Shown: piece by piece, positions 19,661 to 30,400 of the stretch
Position numbering within the stretch: the first letter of the stretch is position 1
Layout: each line of letters begins with the position of its first letter
NCBI GenBank assembly: GCA_965226585.1
Contig: OZ245366.1
Coordinates: 1 to 64,000, forward strand
Source of the DNA: Thermodesulfobacteriota bacterium
GTDB lineage: Bacteria > Desulfobacterota_D > UBA1144 > Nemesobacterales > Mycalebacteriaceae
Reading direction: 5' to 3'
DNA: 64,000 nucleotides
Notes under the pieces: generated by a model
What the model saw: only the letters and a program-made list of their open reading frames with translations
Database searches by the model: none
What the model was told of the DNA's origin: nothing
Made by a program: the position numbers and the translations under genes

Positions 19661-21819
19661 GCAGACCCGATTTTTCATCCATCAAACTGCGCGGCAAAGC
19701 AAGCGCGGCGAAGGGAGCAAAACCCGAAAAGCGCGTGAAGCGGATGCCCGAAGGGATAGACGTAAAGAACGTTTTTACCGCAAAAGACTCTGAAAAACTG
19801 ACACACACACGCGGAGCGGCGGCGGGCGCGCCTCCGTTTCTGAGGGGACCCTACTCCACCATGTACGCAAACCGTCCGTGGACTGTCCGCCAGTACGCGG
19901 GCTTTTCAACGGCGGAGGATTCAAACAGGTTTTACAGAAAAAACCTCGCGGCGGGGCAGAAAGGGCTGTCGGTCGCTTTCGACCTTCCAACCCACAGGGG
20001 ATACGACTCAGACCATCCGAGAGTTATCGGCGATGTGGGCAAGGCGGGAGTCGCGGTGGATTCGGTTGAAGACATGAAAAAACTGTTTGACGGCATACCG
20101 CTTGATGAAATATCGGTGTCAATGACGATGAACGGCGCGGTTTTGCCCGTGATGGCTTTCTACATCGTGGCGGCGCGGGAACAGGGAGTGAGCGAAAAAA
20201 CGCTCAGCGGCACAATCCAGAACGACATTCTCAAAGAGTTCATGGTCAGAAACACTTACATCTACCCGCCCGGTTTCTCAATGAGAATCATCGCGGACAT
20301 ATTCAAATACACGTCAAAAAATATGCCCAGATTCAACTCCATAAGCGTAAGCGGCTACCACATGCAGGAAGCCGGAGCCACGGCGGACATTGAACTCGCC
20401 TACACCCTTGCAGACGGGCTGGACTATGTGCGCACCGGCATAGAAGCCGGAATGAAGGTTGACGACTTCGCGCCCAGAATCTCGTTTTTCTGGGGAATCG
20501 GAATGAATCACTTTATGGAAATCGCCAAAATGAGGGCGGGGCGTATGCTTTGGGCGAAGTTGATGAGCGGTTTCTCCCCGAAAAACCCGAAATCGCTCGC
20601 GCTCAGGACGCACTGCCAGACTTCGGGCTGGAGCCTCACCGAGCAGTTTCCCTACAACAATATCGTGCGCACCTGCACCGAGGCGTTTGCCGCCGCGATG
20701 GGCGGAACGCAGTCGCTTCACACAAACGCGCTTGACGAAGCCATCGCCCTTCCAACCGATTTCAGCGCGCGGATAGCCCGAAACACGCAACTCTACATAC
20801 AAGAGGAAACGGGCATCTGCCGCGCAATAGACCCGTGGGGCGGCTCGTTCTACATTGAGACTCTGACAGACGCCATCGCCCGCAAGGCGTGGGAACTTAT
20901 TGAAGAGGTGGAAAAACTGGGCGGAATGGCGGCGGCGATTGAAACGGGAATACCGAAGATGAGAATTGAGGAGGCGTCTGCGAAGAAACAGGCGCATATA
21001 GATTCGGGAGAGGAGACGATAGTGGGCGTTAACAGGTTTGTCCGCGAAGGCGTGGAGATTGAACTGCTTGAGGTTGACAACACCGCCGTGAGAGAATCGC
21101 AGATAAAAGGCATTAAAAACATCAAAAAACGGCGCGGCGGCAAAGCGGTTTCAAAGGCGCTGGAAAAGATAACCGCCTGCGCGAAAACCGGACGCGGAAA
21201 CCTGCTCGCCCTCGCGGTTGAGGCGGCGGCGGCAAGAGCCACTCTGGGGGAAATTTCAGACGCCTGCGAGAAGATTTGCGGTCGCTACACCCCTTCTACG
21301 CGCACGATAACGGGCGTATATTCAACGGAGATAACCGGAAACGAATCCTTTGACGAGGCGCGCCGCCTTGTGGAGGAGTTCTCATGCATTGAGGGGAGGA
21401 GACCCCGCATACTGATAGCAAAAACCGGACAAGACGGGCACGACCGGGGCGCGAAGGTTATCGCGACAAGTTTTGCAGACATGGGTTTTGAGGTGGAGAT
21501 AGGTCCCCTTTTCTCCACGCCCGAAGAGGTGGCGCGGCTCGCCCTTGATGAAGATGTTCACATTGTGGGCGTTTCAAGCCTTGCCGCCGGACACAAAACG
21601 CTTATACCTTCCGTCATAAAAAAACTGGCGGAATACGACCGCGAAGACATTGTTGTGGTGGCGGGCGGCGTGATACCGAAAAAGGATTACAAGTTTCTTG
21701 AAAAGGCGGGTGTGTCTCACATATTCGGTCCGGGAACGGTCATATCGCGGGCGGCGGCGGAGATAATGAAGCCCCTGCTGAAAGAGGTGAAAAAACGCGG
21801 TGGAAACGGCAAAGGTTGA
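19657..21819 (+). CDS. mutB: Methylmalonyl-CoA mutase large (alpha) subunit
   Basis: [33 protein letters not shown]12 motif [10 protein letters not shown]. Confidence 0.96.
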   Translation: MSRPDFSSIKLRGKASAAKGAKPEKRVKRMPEGIDVKNVFTAKDSEKLTHTRGAAAGAPPFLRGPYSTMYANRPWTVRQYAGFSTAEDSNRFYRKNLAAGQKGLSVAFDLPTHRGYDSDHPRVIGDVGKAGVAVDSVEDMKKLFDGIPLDEISVSMTMNGAVLPVMAFYIVAAREQGVSEKTLSGTIQNDILKEFMVRNTYIYPPGFSMRIIADIFKYTSKNMPRFNSISVSGYHMQEAGATADIELAYTLADGLDYVRTGIEAGMKVDDFAPRISFFWGIGMNHFMEIAKMRAGRMLWAKLMSGFSPKNPKSLALRTHCQTSGWSLTEQFPYNNIVRTCTEAFAAAMGGTQSLHTNALDEAIALPTDFSARIARNTQLYIQEETGICRAIDPWGGSFYIETLTDAIARKAWELIEEVEKLGGMAAAIETGIPKMRIEEASAKKQAHIDSGEETIVGVNRFVREGVEIELLEVDNTAVRESQIKGIKNIKKRRGGKAVSKALEKITACAKTGRGNLLALAVEAAAARATLGEISDACEKICGRYTPSTRTITGVYSTEITGNESFDEARRLVEEFSCIEGRRPRILIAKTGQDGHDRGAKVIATSFADMGFEVEIGPLFSTPEEVARLALDEDVHIVGVSSLAAGHKTLIPSVIKKLAEYDREDIVVVAGGVIPKKDYKFLEKAGVSHIFGPGTVISRAAAEIMKPLLKEVKKRGGNGKG

Positions 21820-22258
21820 CACGGCAAAAGACGGTGACGCCGCCGGCATAGTTGAGATGGAAAAACTGTGCTTCGGGCGTGACGCCTGGCCCCGCACGGC
21901 GATAATGGAGGAACTTTCCGGCGGATTCGGGCGCAGAGCCGCCGTTATAAGAGACGGTGAAGGAAAGGCGGTTGCCTACTGCATATCGCGCTCTTTTATG
22001 GACATGGCTGAGGTTTTCAAAATCGCCGTCCATCCGCTTCACAGAAGAAAGGGGTTTGCCAAACTGCTGTTGAAAGACGCGGCGCGGCATTTGAAACTCG
22101 GAACCATTTCCCTTGAAGTTGCCGCAGACAACAAGGAGGCGGTCGCGCTTTATGCGGAGCAGGGCTTCAGGGTTGTGGGAGAGCGCAAAAACTACTACCG
22201 TGCCAGCGGAAAAGACGCGATAGTGATGGCAATGGAGGTCGTCCCCTCCGGACGCTGA
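21800..22258 (+). CDS. rimI: RimI-like GNAT N-acetyltransferase
   Basis: [39 protein letters not shown]. Confidence 0.85.
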   Translation: METAKVDTAKDGDAAGIVEMEKLCFGRDAWPRTAIMEELSGGFGRRAAVIRDGEGKAVAYCISRSFMDMAEVFKIAVHPLHRRKGFAKLLLKDAARHLKLGTISLEVAADNKEAVALYAEQGFRVVGERKNYYRASGKDAIVMAMEVVPSGR

Positions 22259-22293
22259 AAACATTGAGTGAAATAAATCGGGGAAGCCGCAGA

Positions 22294-24075
22294 ATGAAGG
22301 CGGCGTTGTGGGCGGTTGCGGTTTTTGCCGTCTATATGTCTTTTACCGGTCTCGGAAACGTAGCTTTCTGGGACGATGAGATTGAAACCGCGTGGATGGG
22401 CAGGGCGATAGCGGAGCACGGAAAGCCGTTTGCGTGGAACGGGCGCAACATTCACGACTACGGAATGGGAAGCCTCCTCAACGAGGATCTGGAAAGTGTG
22501 TATCCAAACGGCGCGTTCTACATCGGCGCGCTTTCATTCAAACTGTTCGGGGTTTCGGAAGCCGGGGGCAGAATGCTGTTTGTGTTTCTGGGGGTTCTGT
22601 CGCTCGGAGTTTTCCTGCTCCTCCTGCGTCTGGAAATCCCCGACAATCCGGGCATCCGCCTTGCCGCGTTCAGTGTTTATTCCCTCTCGCCCGTTTATCT
22701 GCTTCACGTGAGAAACATGAGATACTACGCCGCCGCCCTTCTGCTTGCGGTGCTGACGGTGTGGCTTTACCGGCTCTACATAAAGAAACAGCGCGAGAGC
22801 GGCGGTTTTCCGTGGAGTATATGGGCGGCGGCTTTGTGCGGCGGGCTTACCTTCTTCATGCACTTTCTTGCGGGTCTGTCTTTCATTGCGGCTCTTGGGA
22901 TATGCCACCTTGTTTTTCACGCGAGAAGGGGCGAGCGTCACCTGTGGGCGGCGGTTGGTCTGCTGGGAGTGTTTTGTGTCTATTACCTGTTTGCCAACGG
23001 GCACATAACGGCGGACTTTGAAACGAATGAGAGGCTTTTCTCGTCGTTTTACAAGGAGGAGAGCCGCTTGGCGAGAATATCATCCATTCTCCCGCTCTAC
23101 CTGCGTTTTATAAATCCCGCCGGTTTCGCGCCGTGGATTGTAAGTTTGTGGATAGTGTGGATAGGTGTGGCGCGGGTTGCCGGGCGCGGAAGCGCGGATG
23201 ACAAAACCGCCGTTTTTTACGGAACGCTTGGGCTTGCGGTGGTTTTTGTGTGCGGGTTGATGTCGCCCCAGCAGGAATACGACCACTATGCGGCAACAAG
23301 GTTTTACATAACCGCGTTTCCGTTTTTAGCGGTGGCAACGGGATTTTTCTGCGTCAAACTGCTGAAAAAACAGCGTGTTGTGGGAATTATTTTCACTTTT
23401 CTGCTTCTCAACACAACGATGCTCTCTTATCCCTTCGGCATTCAGAATCATCCCACGCCGCACAGAAACTACCGGATTACAGACCTGCCCGCCCCTGCGT
23501 GGAAGAGCGTCAACATATTCTCGTTTGAAAACGCCTACACGCGGTGGACTCTTCCGGCGATGGCGGCGGAGTTTCACGGCAGGCGGCACACCTTTGTTGA
23601 CACTTTGACGCAGGTTCTTAACAAGCACGGAAAGCAAGACGAGGTAATCTCCGTTTGGCCCTCGTGGTCTCACTACAATCTGTTGTGGTATCTGGACAAA
23701 AAGTTTTTATTTCTCTACCCGTATAGCGAAGGTTTCGCCCATTCGCCCGAAGTTCTGGACAGGCACGGCGCGGTCATCAGAACCAAGGGGAGCGGATACA
23801 CGCCCGACTGGATTGTTATTTTCGGGCCTGCGGAGAAGGAAGTTCCGTATCGCATACTGAATGTGAGATTGAAAGCGAAGTGGAGTGATCTTGAGGAGGG
23901 GCGGTCTTTCAATTTTTGGGGCAAGCGATACGTAATAGTCAAAAGAACGAATGACTTGTATTTCCCTGTTTGGAGACCCGAACTTTACTGGCATTCTTTC
24001 AAAAAAATCAGAGTGGACAAAGACCCGCGCAGGGGAGCCGCAGTTGTGTTCAAGCTGGTTGAAACGATTAACTGA
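22294..24075 (+). CDS. GT-C-type (ArnT/PMT-like) membrane glycosyltransferase
   Basis: FWDDE acidic motif after the first TM, LFGVSEAGGR, RYYA, many TM segments and a soluble C-terminal part; start uncertain (22264 or 22294). Confidence 0.72.
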   Translation: MKAALWAVAVFAVYMSFTGLGNVAFWDDEIETAWMGRAIAEHGKPFAWNGRNIHDYGMGSLLNEDLESVYPNGAFYIGALSFKLFGVSEAGGRMLFVFLGVLSLGVFLLLLRLEIPDNPGIRLAAFSVYSLSPVYLLHVRNMRYYAAALLLAVLTVWLYRLYIKKQRESGGFPWSIWAAALCGGLTFFMHFLAGLSFIAALGICHLVFHARRGERHLWAAVGLLGVFCVYYLFANGHITADFETNERLFSSFYKEESRLARISSILPLYLRFINPAGFAPWIVSLWIVWIGVARVAGRGSADDKTAVFYGTLGLAVVFVCGLMSPQQEYDHYAATRFYITAFPFLAVATGFFCVKLLKKQRVVGIIFTFLLLNTTMLSYPFGIQNHPTPHRNYRITDLPAPAWKSVNIFSFENAYTRWTLPAMAAEFHGRRHTFVDTLTQVLNKHGKQDEVISVWPSWSHYNLLWYLDKKFLFLYPYSEGFAHSPEVLDRHGAVIRTKGSGYTPDWIVIFGPAEKEVPYRILNVRLKAKWSDLEEGRSFNFWGKRYVIVKRTNDLYFPVWRPELYWHSFKKIRVDKDPRRGAAVVFKLVETIN

Positions 24076-24077
24076 TA

Positions 24078-24208
24078 CGTTGCCCTTCCCCGTCATTCCT
24101 CTTTCCCCGTCATTCCGTTGCCTCTTTCCCCGTCATTCCTGCGGAAGCAGGAATCCAGTATTAATTAACCAGTTGAATACTGGATTCCGTGTCAGGCACG
24201 GAATGACG
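24078..24208. repeat. Palindromic repeat locus 1: one 78-bp unit (24131-24208) plus CGTCATTCC tail repeats
   Basis: CGTCATTCCTGCGGAAGCAGGAATCCAGTATT...AATACTGGATTCCGTGTCAGGCACGGAATGACG between convergent genes. Confidence 0.95.
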
Positions 24209-24222
24209 GAGTGGGCGCGTCT

Positions 24223-27200
24223 CTAAAACGCCACTCCGAACCTTGCCGTAAATGTCTGCGTAAGCGTATCAAAGGTAGGAGAAACACCTCCGCTATACGC
24301 CACACGAACACTTACACCCTTTAACGGATTTACCTCTGCCCCCGCGCTGTATCTTATGTTTATGCGTTCAAAACCGCCTTTTGTATTCACAGGGTCATCA
24401 GGAGAGAAGGCGGCTTTTAAGTCTGTCTTGGGGTCTGTTAAATGCGCGTCTGCCCCGGCGGTTATCCACATATTTACACTTTCCCCTGCGGGAGCATAAG
24501 CCGTTACCGATGGGGTTACACGCAAATATGTTTGTGATAATCCTTCAACAGAAAGCGGCATATCTCCGCCGCCGGTTTCTGTAAAACTGTCCGCAGATAT
24601 ACGGGCTACTCCCGCCTCAAGACGCGGAACCACCATAAATACACCACCGGGGAAAAACGGCATCTCTGCCCCTATTGCGGCAGACCACGTTGTTATGTCC
24701 GTTTTTGCGGAGTAGGCATCTTCTCCTCTTGCGGATGTTGATTCCCATGCCGCTTTTGCAAATTGTGTTCTTGCGTCTGCGATAATTCTTTTCCAAATCT
24801 CACCCGCTACTGATAACCCCGCCATAAAACGCTCACCCGCCGCATTTGTATCAGTTCCGGCATTAAAGTCTGATGTTTCATAACCTGCGCCGATTGATAC
24901 GGCGGACTGCCCTGCGGGGATGGAAAAACCTCCGGCAAATACATAAGCATCTTCTCCGTATTTAACCTTTGTGTCGTGCCGTGTGTGACGGCTTCCTGCG
25001 TCTGCCCAGAGACAGCCGCCGCTTAAATCTTGTGTTTCCGCCTCTCCGCCGTAGCAACTGCCTCGCAGTTTTTCTGAGAAACTTGTGTCTGAGTGGTAAG
25101 CGGACTGGATCATTGCGTCATAGTTTCTCAGGTAGTTAAAGTGGACAGAATTTGCAAGCACAACGAATATGTTGCCGTTTGAATCCACTCCCGCGCTACT
25201 GCCTTCACCAAGACCGCCGCTTATCATGCTCAATACCTCTTGCCTTTCGGCTTCATTATCAGGCAAGGCGGTTTCACTGAACAGGGCGAATTCGTCTGAA
25301 TGTCTTTCGGGGTTGGCTAATTTTATGTTTAAGTCTTTAACATCCTCTGCGGTTATCTCGCCTTCAAGTTCTATGAGGGGTTTGTCTGTTGTCATTTCTG
25401 TAGAATCTGCGGTAACCATAACGGTTGAGTTTTCACCGAAGGTTATTTTTTCCAAGCCGTTAAATCCGCCTGTATCTTGAATTACGATTGTGCCGTTGTT
25501 TATGAAATGGTCATCGCCATCGCCGAAGTTAATGGTTGCGGTTGTGTCCGCAGGGGCGGGGTCTGCAGAAGAGAGGCGGAAACGGCTGTTTCCTGCCCTC
25601 TCCGTCATTCCTGCGGAAGCAGGAATCCAGTATTGGTTAGCCAGTTGAATACTGGATTCCGTGTCAGGCACGGAATGACGGGAAGGAGAGGATGCGGAAT
25701 GACGGGAAGGAGAGGATTGTTGCGTGGAGGGTGGGTCAGGCTTGGTTTCTGCGATTATTGAGTGGTTGCCATAAACTACCATTCCACTGTCTTTGTTTTC
25801 AAAAGTGTCATCGCCTTCACCCATTTCAAAATCGCCGGTGAGGGTGAAGGTTCCCTTGTTTTCAACCCTGTCATCACCGCCTCTGGTGTTTCCGTGTCCG
25901 GTGAAAGAGCCGTTGTTGTAGAAAAAATCGCTGTTGTCTGAAAGCCCAATTCTGCCCGTTATATTGCCGGTGGGTTCGGTTGTTATCGTTGTGCCATAGG
26001 TCGCCGCCGGGGTCTCAGCACGCACGGCATAGCCATAGTCGCTTGCCGTGCAGATTATGCCCGAAAGCGCACCGCCGCACACAATCGCGCTTCCTCCAAC
26101 CGTCAATTCCGCTTGCCCGTCTTCGTTTCTGAGAAGCACGGCGGTACTGAAAATGCTCTCTGATGAACCGCCTCTGAGCATCCAAATTCCTCCGCCCGAT
26201 ATATCCACCGCTTGGGCAACCACCACATTGCCGTTATGGACTGTCGTAAAAATATCTCCGCCCGACATAGTCACCGTTCCCGCTTCCACCGTATTGCCGC
26301 CCGAACCGTTAGCCCAGATATTTCCCGATACTACACGCAAGCCGCTCACCGATTCTATTGTTGTGCCGCCATCACCTTGCGTCCAGATATCAATATTGCT
26401 GATGCTTGCCTCACCGTCTGTGTCAAGATAAACGCCGTTACCAGCAACAGAGGCAATGTTGCCTGTGCCATCTCCCGTGATTGTGATGTCTCCGTTTGCC
26501 GATGTTGCAGACAAACCCGTTCTGCCCCTGCCGCGAATAAGCGCGTCTGACAGGTATATGTTTATATCTCCGTCAACAGTAGTGGCTTTAACCCCGTTTC
26601 TGCCAACTATGCAGGCGTTTCCATTTTGCAAATGTATGTTTATGTCGCCATCACCTCCCGTTACCGCCTCCAAGCCGTGGGAATCTCCCAGAGAAGGGGC
26701 TAGGATTGCCGAGGAGTTTGTCAGTAAAACACTTATATTGCCGCTTGTGCTTGTGAGTGTCGCGCCTTTGGCGTCTGATGAACCTTCGCGATTGCCTACG
26801 GGGTACATAAGTATTCTTGAATACAAACCGTCAAAATTCGCGCTGATTTCGCCGCCGTTGGTTGTCGCGATAAACCCAGTCGCGTCATCTTGGACTGAAT
26901 AGATTCTTCCCTGATTGGAGAAATCTGCGACCACTCTTCCGCTTTCGCTTGAAGCGACAATTCCGTTTCCGCCGGTTGATTCAATTTGAACTTTTGATTC
27001 ATGACGAATGAATGTTTTCGCATCACCCGTTCCGGCTGTGATGGTAACAACATTTCCGCCGCCGTCTCTGGAGGTGAACGAGCTGTTCCCGGCTCTGAAA
27101 GTAGCGTTTCCCGCACCGTCGATGAATAAAGTTTCTCCGTTTGCTGGGTGTGCTTTGTTATGGCGAGCTCCTATATTTGTACCGTAAAAGTTAAGGGTTG

Positions 27201-27432
27201 CATCCGCGCCCGCTTCGGCGGCGATGACCGCAGCAGCGGTCCCGCTAGCAAAAAAGACAAAACTATTTTTTACTAGGATTGATAAGTTGACAGTTGCGTC
27301 TCCGGTTGGGGGGGAGCAGTATATCGGGTAGTTGGGGCTGGAGCATTTTTGTTCCGGCTGCGCATAAGAGGGTGGCGCGGAAAATGTGAATAAGAGAACG
27401 GACAGGACAAGACAGGATAATTTTTTAATCAA
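24223..27432 (-). CDS. Autotransporter (type Va) surface protein 1
   Basis: Signal peptide ending SAPPSYA, G/T/N-rich beta-helical passenger, C-terminal amphipathic beta strands ending RFGVAF; TTG start with GAGG Shine-Dalgarno. Confidence 0.82.
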   Translation of the reverse strand: MIKKLSCLVLSVLLFTFSAPPSYAQPEQKCSSPNYPIYCSPPTGDATVNLSILVKNSFVFFASGTAAAVIAAEAGADATLNFYGTNIGARHNKAHPANGETLFIDGAGNATFRAGNSSFTSRDGGGNVVTITAGTGDAKTFIRHESKVQIESTGGNGIVASSESGRVVADFSNQGRIYSVQDDATGFIATTNGGEISANFDGLYSRILMYPVGNREGSSDAKGATLTSTSGNISVLLTNSSAILAPSLGDSHGLEAVTGGDGDINIHLQNGNACIVGRNGVKATTVDGDINIYLSDALIRGRGRTGLSATSANGDITITGDGTGNIASVAGNGVYLDTDGEASISNIDIWTQGDGGTTIESVSGLRVVSGNIWANGSGGNTVEAGTVTMSGGDIFTTVHNGNVVVAQAVDISGGGIWMLRGGSSESIFSTAVLLRNEDGQAELTVGGSAIVCGGALSGIICTASDYGYAVRAETPAATYGTTITTEPTGNITGRIGLSDNSDFFYNNGSFTGHGNTRGGDDRVENKGTFTLTGDFEMGEGDDTFENKDSGMVVYGNHSIIAETKPDPPSTQQSSPSRHSASSPSRHSVPDTESSIQLANQYWIPASAGMTERAGNSRFRLSSADPAPADTTATINFGDGDDHFINNGTIVIQDTGGFNGLEKITFGENSTVMVTADSTEMTTDKPLIELEGEITAEDVKDLNIKLANPERHSDEFALFSETALPDNEAERQEVLSMISGGLGEGSSAGVDSNGNIFVVLANSVHFNYLRNYDAMIQSAYHSDTSFSEKLRGSCYGGEAETQDLSGGCLWADAGSRHTRHDTKVKYGEDAYVFAGGFSIPAGQSAVSIGAGYETSDFNAGTDTNAAGERFMAGLSVAGEIWKRIIADARTQFAKAAWESTSARGEDAYSAKTDITTWSAAIGAEMPFFPGGVFMVVPRLEAGVARISADSFTETGGGDMPLSVEGLSQTYLRVTPSVTAYAPAGESVNMWITAGADAHLTDPKTDLKAAFSPDDPVNTKGGFERINIRYSAGAEVNPLKGVSVRVAYSGGVSPTFDTLTQTFTARFGVAF
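25603..25710. repeat. Repeat locus 2: full 78-bp unit plus tail, in frame inside autotransporter 1
   Basis: Encodes SPSRHSASSPSRHSVPDTESSIQLANQYWIPASAGMTE; the ORF stays open. Confidence 0.95.
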
Positions 27433-27459
27433 AACACTTAATCCTCAAATAGGAGAGTT

Positions 27460-30400
27460 TTAAAACTTGTAATTAAATCCGCCTCTGAACTGTTGAATAA
27501 AAGTGTTAAAACTTGTGCTTGTTCCGCCGCCGTATTCTATGCTTATGTTCAAACGGTCGTAGGGGTTGTATTCCATTCCGGCGGAGTAAGTGAACATCAC
27601 CCTGTCCATTGTGCCGTCTCTGAGGACATTTTCGGGGACATCAGGGTCGCCGTCATTCTCACCATCTCTTATAAGCCGCCCCTCAATCTCAGATTCAGGG
27701 TTCAGCACTTGCACATCCGCTCCGGCTCTCATCCACATGCTTAACATCTCACTCACAGGACTCCGCGCCTCTATTGACGGACTTACATATACAAGCAACT
27801 CACTCGTCTCATCTACATGGAATTTGTCCATATCCGCCGCCGCTATCTCCGCGTCTGTGCCTGTTGTTGTGAGCGAATTCTCAGTGAACTTGTCCGCCGT
27901 TATGTATGACGCTCCCAACTCAAGACGGGGCAGTAAGGCAACCTTGCCGGATAAAAACGGCTTGGTTACGGCTATCGCGCCGCCGAATACTGTCGCATCC
28001 ACATCCGCCGAATATCTGTCGCCGTCCGCCGTTCTGGTCGCTTCCCAGTTTGTTGACACATAACGCAGGTTGCCGTCAACAACAAACTCGTCAATAGCAC
28101 CCTCGGCAAATATGCCGCCCATAAACCTTGTTGCATCTCCACCCGCTTTAGCAAGTCCTCTTGTGTCTTCATCAAATGCCGTCTCCGCGCTTGCATCTAT
28201 TGTGGATATCTCATATCCGCCCGCAACTGAAACAAGCACTCCGCTGAACGGGGCTGATGCTCCACCGGTGAAGGAATAAACATCCTCGTCATATTGTATT
28301 GCCGATGTGTGCCTTGTGTATCTCCCGCCCGATGTTGCCCATACGCATCCAGTCCAGAAATCTCCGTCTATCTCATCGCTTGCCGCTCCGCCGGTTCCGC
28401 ATCCTCTTGCTAACTTGTCGGCAAAGTTTCTGTCTGAGCGATAGGCGGACTGTATCAGAGCGTCATATACATCCAAACTTGTGTCTTTGTGTGATGTCGC
28501 CCTTACGAACAGATTGCCGTTGCCATCTGCTTCAACACTTGCCCTTTCGCCTATTTTCTCGTTTATAAGGTCTACAACCTCTTGCCTTTTCTCGCCGTCC
28601 AGCAAGTCATCCGCTTCAAAAATTGTGTATTCGTTTATATGCGTTCCGGGAACATCAACCCTGACACTGAAACCTTCAATATCTTCGGCGGTTATCTCGC
28701 CTTCAATATCTATAAGCGGTTTGTCCGCCATTTTTTCAGGGTCTGCCGAGACAACAAGGGTTGAGTTTGTGCCGAAAGAAATTTTGTCCAAGCCGTTAAA
28801 GCCTCCAGCTTCTTCAATCACCATTTTGCCGTTGTTTATAAAGGTGTCTTCGCCACCGCCAAAGTTAATTGTTGGAGTTTCGGGAGAGGAGGGTGCGGAA
28901 GCAGGGGACGCCGCTGAGAGGCGGAAACGACCTTCGCCGCCTGATGACTGGGTTGAGTGTGCCGGTTCTGTCTCTCCGTGCCTGACACGGAATCCGGCGG
29001 ATGACTGCGCGGACTGCCCGCCGCCGTACGTTCCGCCAACAAGGATAAAAGTTCCCCTGTTTTCAACCGTGCCATCACCGTCTCCCATGTCAAAATCGCC
29101 GCCAAAAAGGATAAAAGTTCCCCTGTTTTCAACCGTGTCATCACCGTCTCCCATGTCAAGATCGCCGCCAAAAAGGGTGATGGTTCCCCTATTTTCAACC
29201 GTGTCATCACCGTCTCCCATGTCAAAATCGCCGCCAAAAAGGGTGATGGCTTCTTTGTTTTCAACCGTGTCATTACCGTCTCCCATGTCAAAATCGCTAT
29301 CAGAAAGGGTGATGGTTCCCCTATTTTCAACCGTGTCATCACCGTCTCCGGTTGTTCCCGAACCGGTGAAAGAACCGTTGTTGTAGATAACAACATCTCG
29401 ACTTTCTGAAAACGACACCGCTCCCCCTAAGTAGCCGCCCGCGCCGATTATTATTTTTGTATCTCCGCCCACGCCGTCATCCGCCTCAAACCGCACGGCG
29501 TAAGAATCTGCGCCCGGTGTGCAGGTTGAACCTGAAAGTGCACCGCCGCAAACAATCGCACCGTTTGCAATATTCAACTCCACTCCGCCGCTTTCAGCTG
29601 AACTGTCCGCATGGCTGGAACGGGGTTGACTGCGAGGCGTATGCCCAGCGGAATGTATCACCACTACGTTCCTGCCGTTCATCCGCACAAGAACCGCCAC
29701 ACTATTCGCCGCATTTGTGAAAATCTTTGCGCCCTGTTGGGTGTAGACGCTTGCGTGTCCCGCCCCGGTTGCTTCTGCCATAACTGCCACCGAGTTCACG
29801 CCATTCGTCCAAACACTACGGTTTGCTCCTATTTCAATGTTCGCATCTCCGGTATTGGTCTGCGCGATAATCGCCGAACTGTTCGCGCCGTTTGCCCATA
29901 TCTTGCTATTGTCGCCGGTAGTAAATGAGGCATTTCCGGTTTCCGTTTTTACGTAGATTGTCTTGCTGTTATTTCCTTCCGTCCATGTTTCCAATGCTTC
30001 CGCGCCTCTTATGAATACCGCTCCGCTACCGTTGCTTTCCGCACTTATCGCCGAACTGTTTGCTCCGTTTGCCCATATCTTGCCACCGGTGGTAAATGAG
30101 ATATTTGCGGCTCCCGTCTTTATGCGGATTGTCTCACTGTTATCCCCTTCCGTCCATGCCTGTTTCGCATCAAAGTCGAAGTAACTGCTGATTTTCAGAT
30201 ATTCATCACCATCATAATCCACCGCCGCCCCTTGGTGGTTAAAAAAGAAGGCAGAGCTGTTTGTGCCTTTTGCCCACACTCTGTTTATATCGGAAATGAC
30301 AATGCTGTCTGCCAGTTCAAATCCACCAAGCCGGTTTTTTACCGCTCCGTCCGCCTCAACTATGGTTGAGAACACGGTCGCGCCATCCCCGCCCATCCAG

